Shown here: positions 48,135 through 59,171 of the stretch, in pieces
How the letters are laid out: every line of letters starts with the position of its first letter
Position numbering within the stretch: position 1 is the stretch's first letter
From: Leifsonia sp.
GTDB lineage: Bacteria; Actinomycetota; Actinomycetes; Actinomycetales; Microbacteriaceae
Assembly: GCA_040512695.1 (NCBI GenBank)
Contig: JBEVEO010000176.1
Span: 868 to 64,867 of the forward strand
DNA: 64,000 bases
Reading direction: 5' to 3'
Program-made: the position numbers and the translations under genes
The notes under the pieces: generated by a model
The model's input: only the letters and a program-made list of their open reading frames with translations
What the model was told of the DNA's origin: nothing
Databases searched by the model: none

Positions 48135-48794
48135 TCAGAGGTCGGCGATGCCGGCCCCCAGGACGCCCGCTCCCACGAGCAGCAGCACGACGACGGTGAT
48201 CACACCGCTCTCCCGGAGAATCCATGAGCGCATCCGGACCAGCCGATGGGCCATCATCTCGGGGCGCAGCCAGGTGATGATCACCGGAACGGTGACGGTC
48301 GATGACGCGATGACGGTGTACAGGATCACGCAGCCGAGCCACTCGCTGGAATCCAGGTGCTCCGAGCTGATCGCCAGGCCCGCCGCGGTGGCGAGCAGGA
48401 GCGCCTTGGGGCGCACGTTCATGATCAAGGCGAAACCCACAGCGGGCCAGGTGCCGAAGTCGCTCACCCGCGAGAGCCAGCCATTCGTCGACGCTGGTTC
48501 GAGATCACGGTGGCGCACCCACTGCAGCACGCCGATGCCGATGATGGCCACTCCCACGATGATCTCGACGACGGCGAAGCCCGTCCCGCGCACGACGTCG
48601 CGGGGCAGCGCCGACAGCCCGGCACTCAGCACGGCGACCACGAGGAAGACTCCGACGACGTAGCTGATGAAGTACGGCAGCGACGTCTTCACGTGCTTCG
48701 GCGAGAGCAGGAGGACCACGGTGGCGAGGAACGGCACCGTGCTGAGCGCCATGGCGAGCGAGATCGGGAGGAGCGCGCCTATCGCCTGCAGCAT
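48135..48794 (-). CDS. GAP/Sap-family membrane protein
   Basis: LPISLAMALS..P, NVRPK, R..W..RES; six TM. Confidence 0.75.
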   Translation of the reverse strand: MLQAIGALLPISLAMALSTVPFLATVVLLLSPKHVKTSLPYFISYVVGVFLVVAVLSAGLSALPRDVVRGTGFAVVEIIVGVAIIGIGVLQWVRHRDLEPASTNGWLSRVSDFGTWPAVGFALIMNVRPKALLLATAAGLAISSEHLDSSEWLGCVILYTVIASSTVTVPVIITWLRPEMMAHRLVRMRSWILRESGVITVVVLLLVGAGVLGAGIADL

Positions 48795-48850
48795 GAGGTC
48801 ACGATAGCGTGACCCCGAGACAGTGCGAGCAGGTCCGCCGAGGAGGCACG

Positions 48851-50026
48851 ATGTTCTGGAATCGCAAGAAGACGCCGGCCGTCCCTGCCGAGCCGCCCAT
48901 CGATCCCGCCGTCGCCGCAGAGCAGGCTGCCGTGCCGGCCCACCGCAACGCGATGATCCTCGTCGGCCTGGGCGGGGCGACGTTGACGGCGTTCGGCCTG
49001 GCCGCCATCCAGGGAGTGTTCGCTCCGATCTTCCTGTCGCTGGTGCTGACGATCTGCGTGCATCCGCTCCGCATCGCCATCGAGCGTCGCGGCGTGAACC
49101 GCGGGATCGCCACGGTCTCCGTGGTGCTCACCGTCTTCGCGCTGCTCGCCGTCTTCGTCGGCGCCCTCATCATCGCGCTCGCCCAGTTCGCCACCCTCCT
49201 GCCCACGTTCAAGCCGCAGCTCCAGGCGATCGGGAAGCAGATCGGGGCCTGGCTCACCTCGATCGGCTTCGGGGAGCAGCAGGTCCAGGACATCGTGAGC
49301 GGCTTCGACCCGAGCAACATCGTGGGAGCCGTCTCGGGCGTGCTCGGCAGCATCGCCAGCATCACCGGCGCTCTCGTCATCATCCTCACGCTCCTGCTGC
49401 TCATGGCGATGGATGCCGGCTACCTGAAGGCGCTCTTCGGCCAGCTGCGCACGAAGCGCCCGTACATGGTGTCCTCTCTCGAAGGGTTCGCGCACGGCGT
49501 CCGTCGCTACATGGTCGTGACGACCTGCCTCGGCGTGGCCCAGGGCATCCTCAACTGGGCGGCACTGGCGATCCTGCAGGTTCCCGGTGCCTTCCTCTGG
49601 GGCATGCTCTCGTTCCTGTGCAGTTTCATCCCGAACATCGGCTACTTCATCGCGATCATCCCGCCGCTGGTCTTCGGCGCTCTCACCGGCGGGCTGCCGG
49701 TCGTCATCGCGATCATCGTCATCTACGGCGTGATCAACGCCGTCGTGCAGTCGGTGGTGCAGCCGCGCGTCGTCGGCAACGCCGTGGCCCTCAGCCAGAC
49801 CATCACCTTCGCCTCCGTGCTCGTCTGGCTCGTGATCCTCGGGCCGATGGGCGCGATCCTGGCCGTGCCGCTCACGCTCCTCGTGCGCACCCTCCTCATC
49901 GACTCGAACCCGGCAGCGCAGTGGTGGCGCCCGGTGCTCGGCGACTTCGACGCGACGAAGCAGATCATGAAGAGCGAGGACGTCGCGATGAAGGCGGCCA
50001 AGGCCGCCAGGAAGGCGGCGAAGTAG
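48851..50026 (+). CDS. AI-2E (PerM/TqsA) family transporter
   Basis: FIPNIG, VQPRVVG..LS, W..ILGPMGAILAVPLT; AGGAGG RBS. Confidence 0.9.
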   Translation: MFWNRKKTPAVPAEPPIDPAVAAEQAAVPAHRNAMILVGLGGATLTAFGLAAIQGVFAPIFLSLVLTICVHPLRIAIERRGVNRGIATVSVVLTVFALLAVFVGALIIALAQFATLLPTFKPQLQAIGKQIGAWLTSIGFGEQQVQDIVSGFDPSNIVGAVSGVLGSIASITGALVIILTLLLLMAMDAGYLKALFGQLRTKRPYMVSSLEGFAHGVRRYMVVTTCLGVAQGILNWAALAILQVPGAFLWGMLSFLCSFIPNIGYFIAIIPPLVFGALTGGLPVVIAIIVIYGVINAVVQSVVQPRVVGNAVALSQTITFASVLVWLVILGPMGAILAVPLTLLVRTLLIDSNPAAQWWRPVLGDFDATKQIMKSEDVAMKAAKAARKAAK

Positions 50027-50071
50027 CGCTTCCGGGGTGGGCGGGCGCGGAGACGGAATAGTCTGGCCTCG

Positions 50072-50755
50072 ATGCCCCACGACTATCCGCTGCACACCGA
50101 CCTCGAGGCCGTCTGCCTCTGCTGCGGGTCGCTGCAGCCGTTCACCTTCGCCTCGGCGAGCGACCAGGTCGTCTGCGCGCACTGCCGCGCGCACCTCGGG
50201 CCGGAGAAGGCCGAGCGCCGGGACCGCCAGCACATCGCGCTGTGGACCTCGATCTGGGAGTCCGAGCGCGCGGCCCACCGATCGGATGCCGACGAGGCCG
50301 CGGCCGCCGCTGCCGAGCAGGCGCGGGTCCGTTCCGGCCTCGAGGCCCGCGTGGCCGAGCTCTCGGCGACGGTCATCGGCCAGTTCGACGCCGCGCCGGA
50401 ATCCGGGATCCGCGATGCCCTCCAGTCCGAGCTCGTGCGACGGGCGGAGCGCGCCACTGAGCTCGCGAATCGGCGCAACGACCGCATGATGGCCGTGCTG
50501 TGGCGGATCGGAGCCATGCACAACGCCGATGGCGCCCGATGCACCTGCGGACGTTCGCTCGTCGACTGCCCCGAGTACCGCGCCGTGACGGTGGAGCGGG
50601 CGGCCATCGAGGAGTGGGAGTCGAAGAACCTCGCCATGCTCCGGGCCGGGAAGCGCCACGGACTGCCCGCAGATCATCCCGCCGTCGCGGCGACCTCCTC
50701 CTCCGTGCCGGGCGGAGCCGCGCGCCGGCGCCCGGCCCGATCCGATCGGCGCTGA
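50072..50755 (+). CDS. Hypothetical protein with Cys clusters flanking a coiled coil
   Basis: CLCC..CAHC N-terminus; H..CTC..C C-terminus; -10 TAGTCT 7 nt before ATG. Confidence 0.7.
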   Translation: MPHDYPLHTDLEAVCLCCGSLQPFTFASASDQVVCAHCRAHLGPEKAERRDRQHIALWTSIWESERAAHRSDADEAAAAAAEQARVRSGLEARVAELSATVIGQFDAAPESGIRDALQSELVRRAERATELANRRNDRMMAVLWRIGAMHNADGARCTCGRSLVDCPEYRAVTVERAAIEEWESKNLAMLRAGKRHGLPADHPAVAATSSSVPGGAARRRPARSDRR

Positions 50756-50762
50756 GCGGCTG

Positions 50763-51290
50763 ATGGACGACCAGGTCGTCGTCATGGGGGTCTCAGCCGC
50801 CGGCAAGTCGTCGGTCGGCATCGCGCTGGCCGGCCTGCTCGGCGCGCGCTTCGTGGATGCCGACGACCTGCACCCGGCGGCCAACGTCGCCAGGATGGCC
50901 GCCGGCGTCCCGCTCTCCGATGGCGACCGCGGCCCGTGGCTCGACGCCGTGGGCGCCGAACTCGCGGCCGCTGCCGATCACGACCCGGCCGGTGGCGGAC
51001 TCGTGGTCGCGTGCTCGGCGCTCAAGCGGGCGTACCGCGATCGCATCCGCCACAGTGCGCCAGGCACCTTCTTCGTGCACCTCGACGGCGATCCGGAGCT
51101 CCTGGCCGCGCGGGCCGCCGCCCGCACCGGCCACTTCATGCCGCCGAGCCTGCTCGCCTCCCAGCTGGAGATCCTCGAACCGCTCGCGGCGGACGAAGCC
51201 GGCATCCGGCTCGACGTCGCCGACAGCGTTCCCGAGCTCGCCAGACAGGCGGCGTCGGCGCTCGCCGAAGCGTCGACGGCGGAGGGATGA
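50763..51290 (+). CDS. gntK: Gluconokinase
   Basis: MGVSAAGKS, DADDLH, DR.PWL, ACSALKRAYR, HFMP..LL.SQ..LE. Confidence 0.92.
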   Translation: MDDQVVVMGVSAAGKSSVGIALAGLLGARFVDADDLHPAANVARMAAGVPLSDGDRGPWLDAVGAELAAAADHDPAGGGLVVACSALKRAYRDRIRHSAPGTFFVHLDGDPELLAARAAARTGHFMPPSLLASQLEILEPLAADEAGIRLDVADSVPELARQAASALAEASTAEG

Positions 51291-51347
51291 CGACGCGGCG
51301 GGCCGCCGTGTCGGCGGTGCGAGGGCGATGCGTCGAGTCGCGCGGGC

Positions 51348-51698
51348 CTAGGGGCCGCCGGTCGAGGCCGCCCGGTCGGCCTCGTTCTGCAGGTACGCGG
51401 CCGCCTCGGTCTCGCGCATGACCTGCATGCCGCCCTCGCTGAACGCGGAGAGGTCGAGGGCCTGGAGCCACTGCCGGTTCAGCTCGGGCGGCCGGCTTCC
51501 GGAGAAGTGGAACTGCAGCGGGATCGACGGCGACGCCCAGATGCTGATGCGACCGGAACCCTGGTTCGATGGGATCGCCCAGGAGATGTAGAAGGACTCC
51601 TGACGGCGCAGGCGCAGCCCGGTCGCCACCTTGATGTGCGCCAGTGTTCGGTCGTCCATCTCGTACGACGTCCCGGCTCCGTAAATCAGTTCACCCAC
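51348..51698 (-). CDS. Conserved small protein (DUF7882-like, from recall), paralogue 1
   Basis: MG.L.Y..DDR.LAH.K..LRR.ESF..SW..GR..IW..P..N..W. Confidence 0.8.
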   Translation of the reverse strand: MGELIYGAGTSYEMDDRTLAHIKVATGLRLRRQESFYISWAIPSNQGSGRISIWASPSIPLQFHFSGSRPPELNRQWLQALDLSAFSEGGMQVMRETEAAAYLQNEADRAASTGGP

Positions 51699-51789
51699 GG
51701 CGTAACTATCGCACCTTCCCGGCCGATGGAGTGACCAACACGGCCCGTCCCATCGGCGCGATCACAGTGAAGAGCACGAATGCGGCCGC

Positions 51790-51828
51790 GTCAACCCCCT
51801 GCTGGGGGCATGACGGCTCACGTAGTCT
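51790..51828 (+). promoter_or_regulatory. GTCAA-type promoter motif of the ACAD-like operon
   Basis: GTCAA-28nt-TAGTCT; ATG 6 nt downstream (leaderless). Confidence 0.6.
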
Positions 51829-51834
51829 CCTCGA

Positions 51835-52956
51835 ATGTCGGCTCAACGGATACTGCGGGAAGACGCCATCGAGGTCGGCTCCCGCCCGGGCGCGACCATC
51901 CGTCCCGTCCGCATCGGCGAGCCCCTGTGGGATGCCGGAGGATCGCCGGTGGCCAGGACCCTTCAGCGGGTGCCCGATGCGGATGCCGGCATCGACGCCG
52001 TGCTCGCCTGGTGCGTCGACGTCGGGCGGGCCGCCCCGGCTCCAGGCCTCGGCGACACCGCATCCGTGTGGGAGATCCTGGCCTCGGTCGCCGCACACGA
52101 CCTCGGCATCGCTCGCATGCTCGAGCCGCACCTCGACGCCCTCACGATCATCGAGCAGGCCGGCATCGTCGACCCGGCCGTGCTCGGCGCTGGTCCGGCG
52201 AGCACGTGGGGCGTCTTCGCCGCCGAGGGTCCCGGGGTTCGCGTCACCGCACGGTACGCCGGTGGCGACTGGCGGCTGGACGGCGTGAAGCCCTGGTGTT
52301 CACTGGCCGGGACGCTCACGAACGCCCTCGTGACGGCGCACACCGATGACGGGTCGAGACGCCTGTTCGCCGTCGACCTCGGTCACGCAGGCGTGACGGC
52401 GGCCGACGGCCCGTGGGTCTCCCGCGGACTGGCGCAGGTCGTCAGTGCGCCGGTGACGTTCAGCGCGGTTCCCGCCGTGCCCGTCGGCGAGGACGGGTGG
52501 TACCTGCGGCGCCCCGGGTTCGCCTGGGGCGGCATCGGTGTCGCCGCCTGCTGGTGGGGCGGAACCGTCGGCCTCGCCCGCACGCTGTTCTCGGCAGCGG
52601 CCGGCGGGTCGAAGGCGCCCGACCAGATCGCGCTCGCCCACCTGGGCGCCGTCGACCTCGCCGTGGAGTCCGGGCGGATCGCGCTCCGCGAAGCCGGCCG
52701 GCACGCCGACGGGATCGCCGCCGACTCCCCTCCGCCGGGCGTCATCGCGCGACGCACCCGGTCGATCGTCGCGGCGAATGCCGAATCGGCTCTGCTGCAT
52801 GTCGCGCACGCGCTCGGACCGCTGCCGCTCGTCGCCGACGAGTCGCATGCCCGCCGTGTCGCCGACCTGCAGGTGTACCTCCGCCAGCACCACGCCGAAC
52901 GCGATGAGGCTGCCCTCGGCAGCGCGCTGCTCGAGACGGGAGAACTGCCATGGTGA
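51835..52956 (+). CDS. Acyl-CoA dehydrogenase-like flavoprotein
   Basis: ARMLEPHLDA, WGVFAAE, LDGVKPWCS, WYL.RPGF.WGG, ADL.VYLRQHH. Confidence 0.8.
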   Translation: MSAQRILREDAIEVGSRPGATIRPVRIGEPLWDAGGSPVARTLQRVPDADAGIDAVLAWCVDVGRAAPAPGLGDTASVWEILASVAAHDLGIARMLEPHLDALTIIEQAGIVDPAVLGAGPASTWGVFAAEGPGVRVTARYAGGDWRLDGVKPWCSLAGTLTNALVTAHTDDGSRRLFAVDLGHAGVTAADGPWVSRGLAQVVSAPVTFSAVPAVPVGEDGWYLRRPGFAWGGIGVAACWWGGTVGLARTLFSAAAGGSKAPDQIALAHLGAVDLAVESGRIALREAGRHADGIAADSPPPGVIARRTRSIVAANAESALLHVAHALGPLPLVADESHARRVADLQVYLRQHHAERDEAALGSALLETGELPW

Positions 52957-54347
52957 CCTTCGACCACCGAGAGAGCGGAACCCTCGAGTCCGAATGGTCG
53001 TCGTCCGACGCGTGGTCGAGACTCCCGCGCTACCGGGAGCCGATCGACCACCTCGTCGTCGTCGCGGCGCATCCCGACGACGAGACCCTCGGAGCCGGCG
53101 GCCTCATCGAGACCGCGGGGCGCATGGGCGCGGCCATCACCGTGGTGGTCGCGACCGATGGTGAGGGCTCCCACCCCGGATCGCCGACGCACACGCCGTG
53201 GCAGCTCAGCCGGATCCGCCGGCGCGAGATGCGCAAGGCGATCGATCACCTGGCGCCCGATGCGCGCATCCATCACTGCGAGATCGCCGACGGCACCCTC
53301 CGGGAGCACGTCGACGACCTGCGGCGCTGCATCGAGGACGTCGTCGGCGGGGATGACCGGCCGGCCACGATCGTCGCGCCCTGGAGCGGCGACGGCCACC
53401 GCGACCACCGTGCGGCCGCGGCCGCGGCACGCGCGGCGGCAGAGGCGACGGGCTCGAGCGTGCTCGAGTACCCGATCTGGATGTGGCACTGGGGCAGCCC
53501 GGATGACGAGTCGCTCCCGTGGGACGCGATGGTGGCACTCGACCTCGGCGAGGCGACGCGGGTGGCCAAGAGCTCCGCCCTGGTCGAGCATGTGAGCCAG
53601 ACGGCACCGCTCTCGGAACAGCCCGGCGACGAGGCCGTGCTCGGGGTCGAGATGCGAAGCCACTTCGAGCGTCCCTTCGAGGTCTTCATCGCCGCACCGG
53701 GGGCGGGGCCGGCGCCTGCACCCGACCAGGGCTCGGGCTCGCCGAGCCTCGATCGCGACTTCTTCGATCGGTTCTACCGCGGCAAGGACGATCCGTGGGG
53801 CTTCGAGACCCGCTGGTACGAGCAGCGCAAGCGCGATGTCCTGCTCGCGGCGCTGCCGCATGAGCGGTACGCGCGCGCGTTGGAGATCGGATGCTCGACG
53901 GGCAGGCTCACGGTCGAGCTGGCGCAGCGCTGCGACAGCGTGCTCGGGGTCGACATCTCCGAGGCGCCGCTCGCGTCCGCCCGGAAGCGCACATCGGGCC
54001 TCAGCGGTGTGGATCTGCGGGTGCTGCGCGTACCGGACGAGTGGCCGGACGGCATCTTCGACCTCATCGTGCTCTCCGAGGTCGGGTACTACTGGGATCG
54101 AGCCGATCTCGATCGCACGCTCGGCCTGGTCGTCGGTGCGCTCTCGGACGACGGGACGATCGTGGCCTGCCACTGGAGGCACCCGGTGCCCGAGTATCCG
54201 CTGTCGGGCGACACCGTGCACGACGTGCTCGACGGTCGACGCGATCTGGTGTCGACCGTGCGCCATCTCGAGGAGGACTTCGTGCTCGAGGTGTTCCGCC
54301 GCCCGCCCGGACTCTCCGTCGCCCGTGAGACCGGGCTCCTGTCGTGA
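52950..54347 (+). CDS. PIG-L/LmbE deacetylase fused to NodS-like SAM methyltransferase
   Basis: AHPDDE, HRDH, H.SQ; then DPW..WYEQRK, LEIGCSTG, DLIVLSEVGYY. Confidence 0.88.
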   Translation: MVTFDHRESGTLESEWSSSDAWSRLPRYREPIDHLVVVAAHPDDETLGAGGLIETAGRMGAAITVVVATDGEGSHPGSPTHTPWQLSRIRRREMRKAIDHLAPDARIHHCEIADGTLREHVDDLRRCIEDVVGGDDRPATIVAPWSGDGHRDHRAAAAAARAAAEATGSSVLEYPIWMWHWGSPDDESLPWDAMVALDLGEATRVAKSSALVEHVSQTAPLSEQPGDEAVLGVEMRSHFERPFEVFIAAPGAGPAPAPDQGSGSPSLDRDFFDRFYRGKDDPWGFETRWYEQRKRDVLLAALPHERYARALEIGCSTGRLTVELAQRCDSVLGVDISEAPLASARKRTSGLSGVDLRVLRVPDEWPDGIFDLIVLSEVGYYWDRADLDRTLGLVVGALSDDGTIVACHWRHPVPEYPLSGDTVHDVLDGRRDLVSTVRHLEEDFVLEVFRRPPGLSVARETGLLS

Positions 54348-55078
54348 AGGATGCCGGTGTGCGCGCGATCGCCGTCGTCATCCCCTGCAACGACGAGGAG
54401 GAGCTGCTCCCGCGCTGCCTGGCGTCGGTCAGCGCCGCGATCGACCACCTCCGGGCGACGATCGCGCATCCGCCGGCCGTGCTCGTGACCATCGTGCTCG
54501 ACGACTGCCGCGATCGCTCGGAATCGATCGCGAGGGCGTCGGGCTTCGAGGTCGTCGTGACGGAAGGTCACACGGTCGGATCGGCGCGGGCGGAGGGGGT
54601 GGCGTCGGCCCTCGCGCGACTCGACGGCGTGAGCCGGAACGGCGTTGCGGAGATCTGGATCGCGAACACCGACGCCGACTCGGCTGTGCCCCCGACCTGG
54701 CTCACGACGCAGTTCGCGCTCGCCGAGAGCGGTTGCGACCTCATGGTGGGGACGGTGCGCCCCGACCCGGCCGACCTCTCGGACGCCCAGAGGGCCGCCT
54801 GGCTGGCGACGCACGTGCTCGGGGAGGCCAACGGCCACGTGCACGGGGCGAACCTCGGCCACCGCGCCGACCGCTACCTCGAGGTCGGGGGGTTCGGCGC
54901 CGTCGCCGAGCACGAGGACGTGCGACTCGTCGAGCGGATGCGGGCACTGCCCGGCCTCCGCGAGGTCGCGACCGACGAGTGCTGGGTGCTCACCTCCGGC
55001 CGGCCGGTGGGACGGACTCCCGGCGGGTACGCGCGGCACCTGCGCGACGACCTGGTCCCTGCGGAGGCGGTGGCCTGA
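54344..55078 (+). CDS. Glycosyltransferase family 2
   Basis: VVIPCNDEE, NTDADS (DxD), HGANLG, GGF..HED, TSGR; GTGA overlap. Confidence 0.88.
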   Translation: MKDAGVRAIAVVIPCNDEEELLPRCLASVSAAIDHLRATIAHPPAVLVTIVLDDCRDRSESIARASGFEVVVTEGHTVGSARAEGVASALARLDGVSRNGVAEIWIANTDADSAVPPTWLTTQFALAESGCDLMVGTVRPDPADLSDAQRAAWLATHVLGEANGHVHGANLGHRADRYLEVGGFGAVAEHEDVRLVERMRALPGLREVATDECWVLTSGRPVGRTPGGYARHLRDDLVPAEAVA

Positions 55079-55121
55079 CGCGGCGCTGCGGGGCACCGCC
55101 GCGTCAGATGGCCCGACCCGC

Positions 55122-55664
55122 TCAGCGCGCCTTGGCCGGGTGGCGGTTCTCCGCGCTGACCATCCAGGCGAACTGCTCGAGCTTCTCGATGATGGCGTGC
55201 AGCACGTCGGCGCTCGTGGGGTCCTCCTCGTCGACGTCGTCGTGGACGCGACGAATCGTGCCGACGGTCGCCTCGAGCCGCTGTGTGATCAGGTCGACGG
55301 TCTCGGCGGTGTCGACCTCACCGGCCGGGTACTCGGGAAGCGTCGTGGTCTCGGAGACGGTGTCGCTGCGGCCGTCGGGCAGGCCGTGCAGTGCTCGCAT
55401 CCGCTCGGCGACGACGTCGCTGAACTCACGTGCTGCGTCGATGATCTCGTCGAGCTGGAGGTGCAGGTCGCGGAAGTTCTTGCCGACGACGTTCCAGTGC
55501 GCCTGCTTGCCCTGCAGGTGCAGTTCGATGAGGTCGACGAGCACCTCCTGGAGGCTGCCTGTCAGCTTCTTCGACGCGGTGAAGCCCTTCTCGGCGTTCT
55601 GCCGGCGGGTGAGCTTCGCTGCGGAGGATGCGGTGGTGGCTGGGCGTTCTGCTGTCGTGGTCAT
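55122..55664 (-). CDS. dps: Dps ferritin-like DNA protection protein
   Basis: KQAHWNVVG..F..LH.QLDE, DVVAER, AWM. Confidence 0.95.
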   Translation of the reverse strand: MTTTAERPATTASSAAKLTRRQNAEKGFTASKKLTGSLQEVLVDLIELHLQGKQAHWNVVGKNFRDLHLQLDEIIDAAREFSDVVAERMRALHGLPDGRSDTVSETTTLPEYPAGEVDTAETVDLITQRLEATVGTIRRVHDDVDEEDPTSADVLHAIIEKLEQFAWMVSAENRHPAKAR

Positions 55665-55671
55665 GCCATCG

Positions 55672-55710
55672 ACGCTACTCGCGCCGGAGGACGGTGGGGA
55701 GGGGGTTGCG
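55672..55710 (-). promoter_or_regulatory. GTCAA-type promoter variant of dps
   Basis: CGCAACCCCC with 28 nt from CAA to TAGCGT; ATG 7 nt downstream. Confidence 0.5.
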
Positions 55711-55751
55711 CGGAGCGCGAAACTGCATCCCGCCCGCTGATCGGCGGTGGA

Positions 55752-56093
55752 TCAGAGGGCGACGGATGCCGCGGTGTCCGCCGACGGCGGCGCCGTCGAA
55801 TCCTCGCCCACGATCACCATCCCGCCGGTGGTGCTCGCCGCGCGGAGCAGCCGTTCCACCCACTCGGTGTTGATCTCCGGGCTCGTCGCGGTGTCGAACT
55901 CGTACCGGATGAAGCTCGCCGGCCCGATCCAGAGCGACGTGCGGCCGCCCTCCTTGCCCGGAGGGTGCACCCACGACAGCGTGAACGACTCACCGCGACG
56001 CAGTTTCTGCGTGATGGCGACCTTGAGGTGCGCGAGCAGCCGGTCGTCGAATTCGAGGGGCGATGTCATCTCGCCGTAGTAGAGGAGTCCCAC
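55752..56093 (-). CDS. Conserved small protein (DUF7882-like), paralogue 2
   Basis: MGLLYYG..FDDRLLAHLK..KLRRGESF.LSW..GR.SLW..IN.EW; -10 TATTGT 7 nt before GTG. Confidence 0.8.
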   Translation of the reverse strand: MGLLYYGEMTSPLEFDDRLLAHLKVAITQKLRRGESFTLSWVHPPGKEGGRTSLWIGPASFIRYEFDTATSPEINTEWVERLLRAASTTGGMVIVGEDSTAPPSADTAASVAL

Positions 56094-56152
56094 GTATCAG
56101 ACAATACGCCCCCACGTCGCCGTCCGGCGCGGACTCGGCCCGAGAGTGGGGG

Positions 56153-56186
56153 CGTGGCCCCTCTACACCTGAAGAGAGGGGCCACG
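56153..56186. terminator. Perfect 12-bp stem-loop
   Basis: CGTGGCCCCTCT-10nt-AGAGGGGCCACG. Confidence 0.55.
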
Positions 56187-56234
56187 GCGCTCACGCACAC
56201 CATCGGGGTCCACCCCGGCCCGACGGCCGCGCTG

Positions 56235-56273
56235 AGACTACGTGAACGAACCGGCGTCGCGTTGGGGCTTGAC
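56235..56273 (-). promoter_or_regulatory. GTCAA-type promoter motif with no adjacent credible CDS start
   Basis: GTCAA-28nt-TAGTCT. Confidence 0.5.
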
Positions 56274-56296
56274 AAGCGCCCATGCGACGGGCACGC

Positions 56297-56515
56297 CTAG
56301 TCGGAGTGCACCGCTTCCACCAGGGCGGCGAACTCCTCGTCGCTCACGACGATCGCGGCGTCGTGCAGTCGGCGGCGCAGCTCGCTGGACGCGCTGTCGA
56401 TGGCGCTCCCGTCGACATCCGCCTGCACCTGGGCGACGAGGCCGCGCAGCTTCTCGTCACGCGTGGCCTCGTCACTGCCGTCCTGCACGGGCGCGTCTGT
56501 CGTCTCGTCAGTCAT
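56297..56515 (-). CDS. Small acidic protein (72 aa)
   Basis: GAGAGGA RBS; MTDETTDAPVQDG..DEKLRGLVAQVQAD..LRRRL. Confidence 0.7.
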   Translation of the reverse strand: MTDETTDAPVQDGSDEATRDEKLRGLVAQVQADVDGSAIDSASSELRRRLHDAAIVVSDEEFAALVEAVHSD

Positions 56516-56550
56516 GATCGTCCTCTCGGGGCGGTCGTCTCGGTGTGTCG

Positions 56551-56589
56551 AACCTAGGTCGCCGCCGAACGCGATGGCAAGGCCTTGAC
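56551..56589 (-). promoter_or_regulatory. GTCAA-type promoter motif of the 72-aa gene
   Basis: GTCAA-28nt-TAGGTT. Confidence 0.55.
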
Positions 56590-56607
56590 CATGCTGGGGG
56601 CTGATAC

Positions 56608-58644
<2,037 letters not shown>

Positions 58645-58701
58645 CGCACCAGTATGCGGGGGAGACGGGACGGGATCCGGCCCGCCGAAGCGGACGAGAT
58701 T

Positions 58702-58740
58702 GTCAAGCCCCCCGCGCCGGGCACCCGACGCGCCTAGCCT
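58702..58740 (+). promoter_or_regulatory. GTCAA-type promoter motif of the tiny acidic ORFs
   Basis: GTCAA-28nt-TAGCCT. Confidence 0.55.
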
Positions 58741-58795
58741 CGACGGAGGGCCTGCGATCCGCGGGGCATCCTGCGATGGAAGGGCGAGAGACACC

Positions 58796-58969
58796 ATGAC
58801 GAACTCATCCAAGACCCCTCGGGAGGATCTCCCGGAAGGCGACCGTGCTGCGCCGTCCAATGCCGCCGACGCGCTGGACAACGCCCGTCAGGACGATGAA
58901 ACGAGCGACTCGGGCACACCCGGCGCCGACACCGACGTCCACGGCGAGCCCGAGAATCCGTCCGGCTAG
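58796..58969 (+). CDS. Tiny acidic disordered protein (57 aa)
   Basis: Purine-rich RBS; MTNSSKTPREDLPEGDRAAPSNAADALDNARQDDETSDSG..PSG. Confidence 0.55.
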   Translation: MTNSSKTPREDLPEGDRAAPSNAADALDNARQDDETSDSGTPGADTDVHGEPENPSG

Positions 58970-59010
58970 GACGACGCCATCAACGACCATCGTCGACGAG
59001 AGGATCGAAC

Positions 59011-59169
59011 ATGAGCGACGTACGTGGAGAGAACGGCCGACCGCCCCTACCCGACGACCCCGAGGCGGCGAACGGCGCCAACCCTGGTTCGTCCGCGGAG
59101 CCTGAGGCGGACATCGCTATCGAGCAGGACACGATCGAGGCGACGGAGCCCGGCGGCGACTCGGAGTAG
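59011..59169 (+). CDS. Tiny acidic disordered protein (52 aa; not in ORF track)
   Basis: GAGAGGA RBS; MSDVRGENGRPPLPDDPEAANGANPGSSAEPEADIAIEQDTIEATEPGGDSE. Confidence 0.55.
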   Translation: MSDVRGENGRPPLPDDPEAANGANPGSSAEPEADIAIEQDTIEATEPGGDSE

Positions 59170-59171
59170 CT

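Noticed and set aside
48779-50884. Long antisense or off-frame ORFs (this one, also 21068-23206, 33960-36131, 56800-58737, 62327-63880)
   Set aside because: Shadows of well-supported genes, expected at high GC; Arg/Pro/Gly-rich with no family motifs
59068-59088. ANGANPG in the 52-aa ORF resembling DGGANPG of the repeat peptide
   Set aside because: A single short low-complexity match without the His/Asp pattern; likely chance
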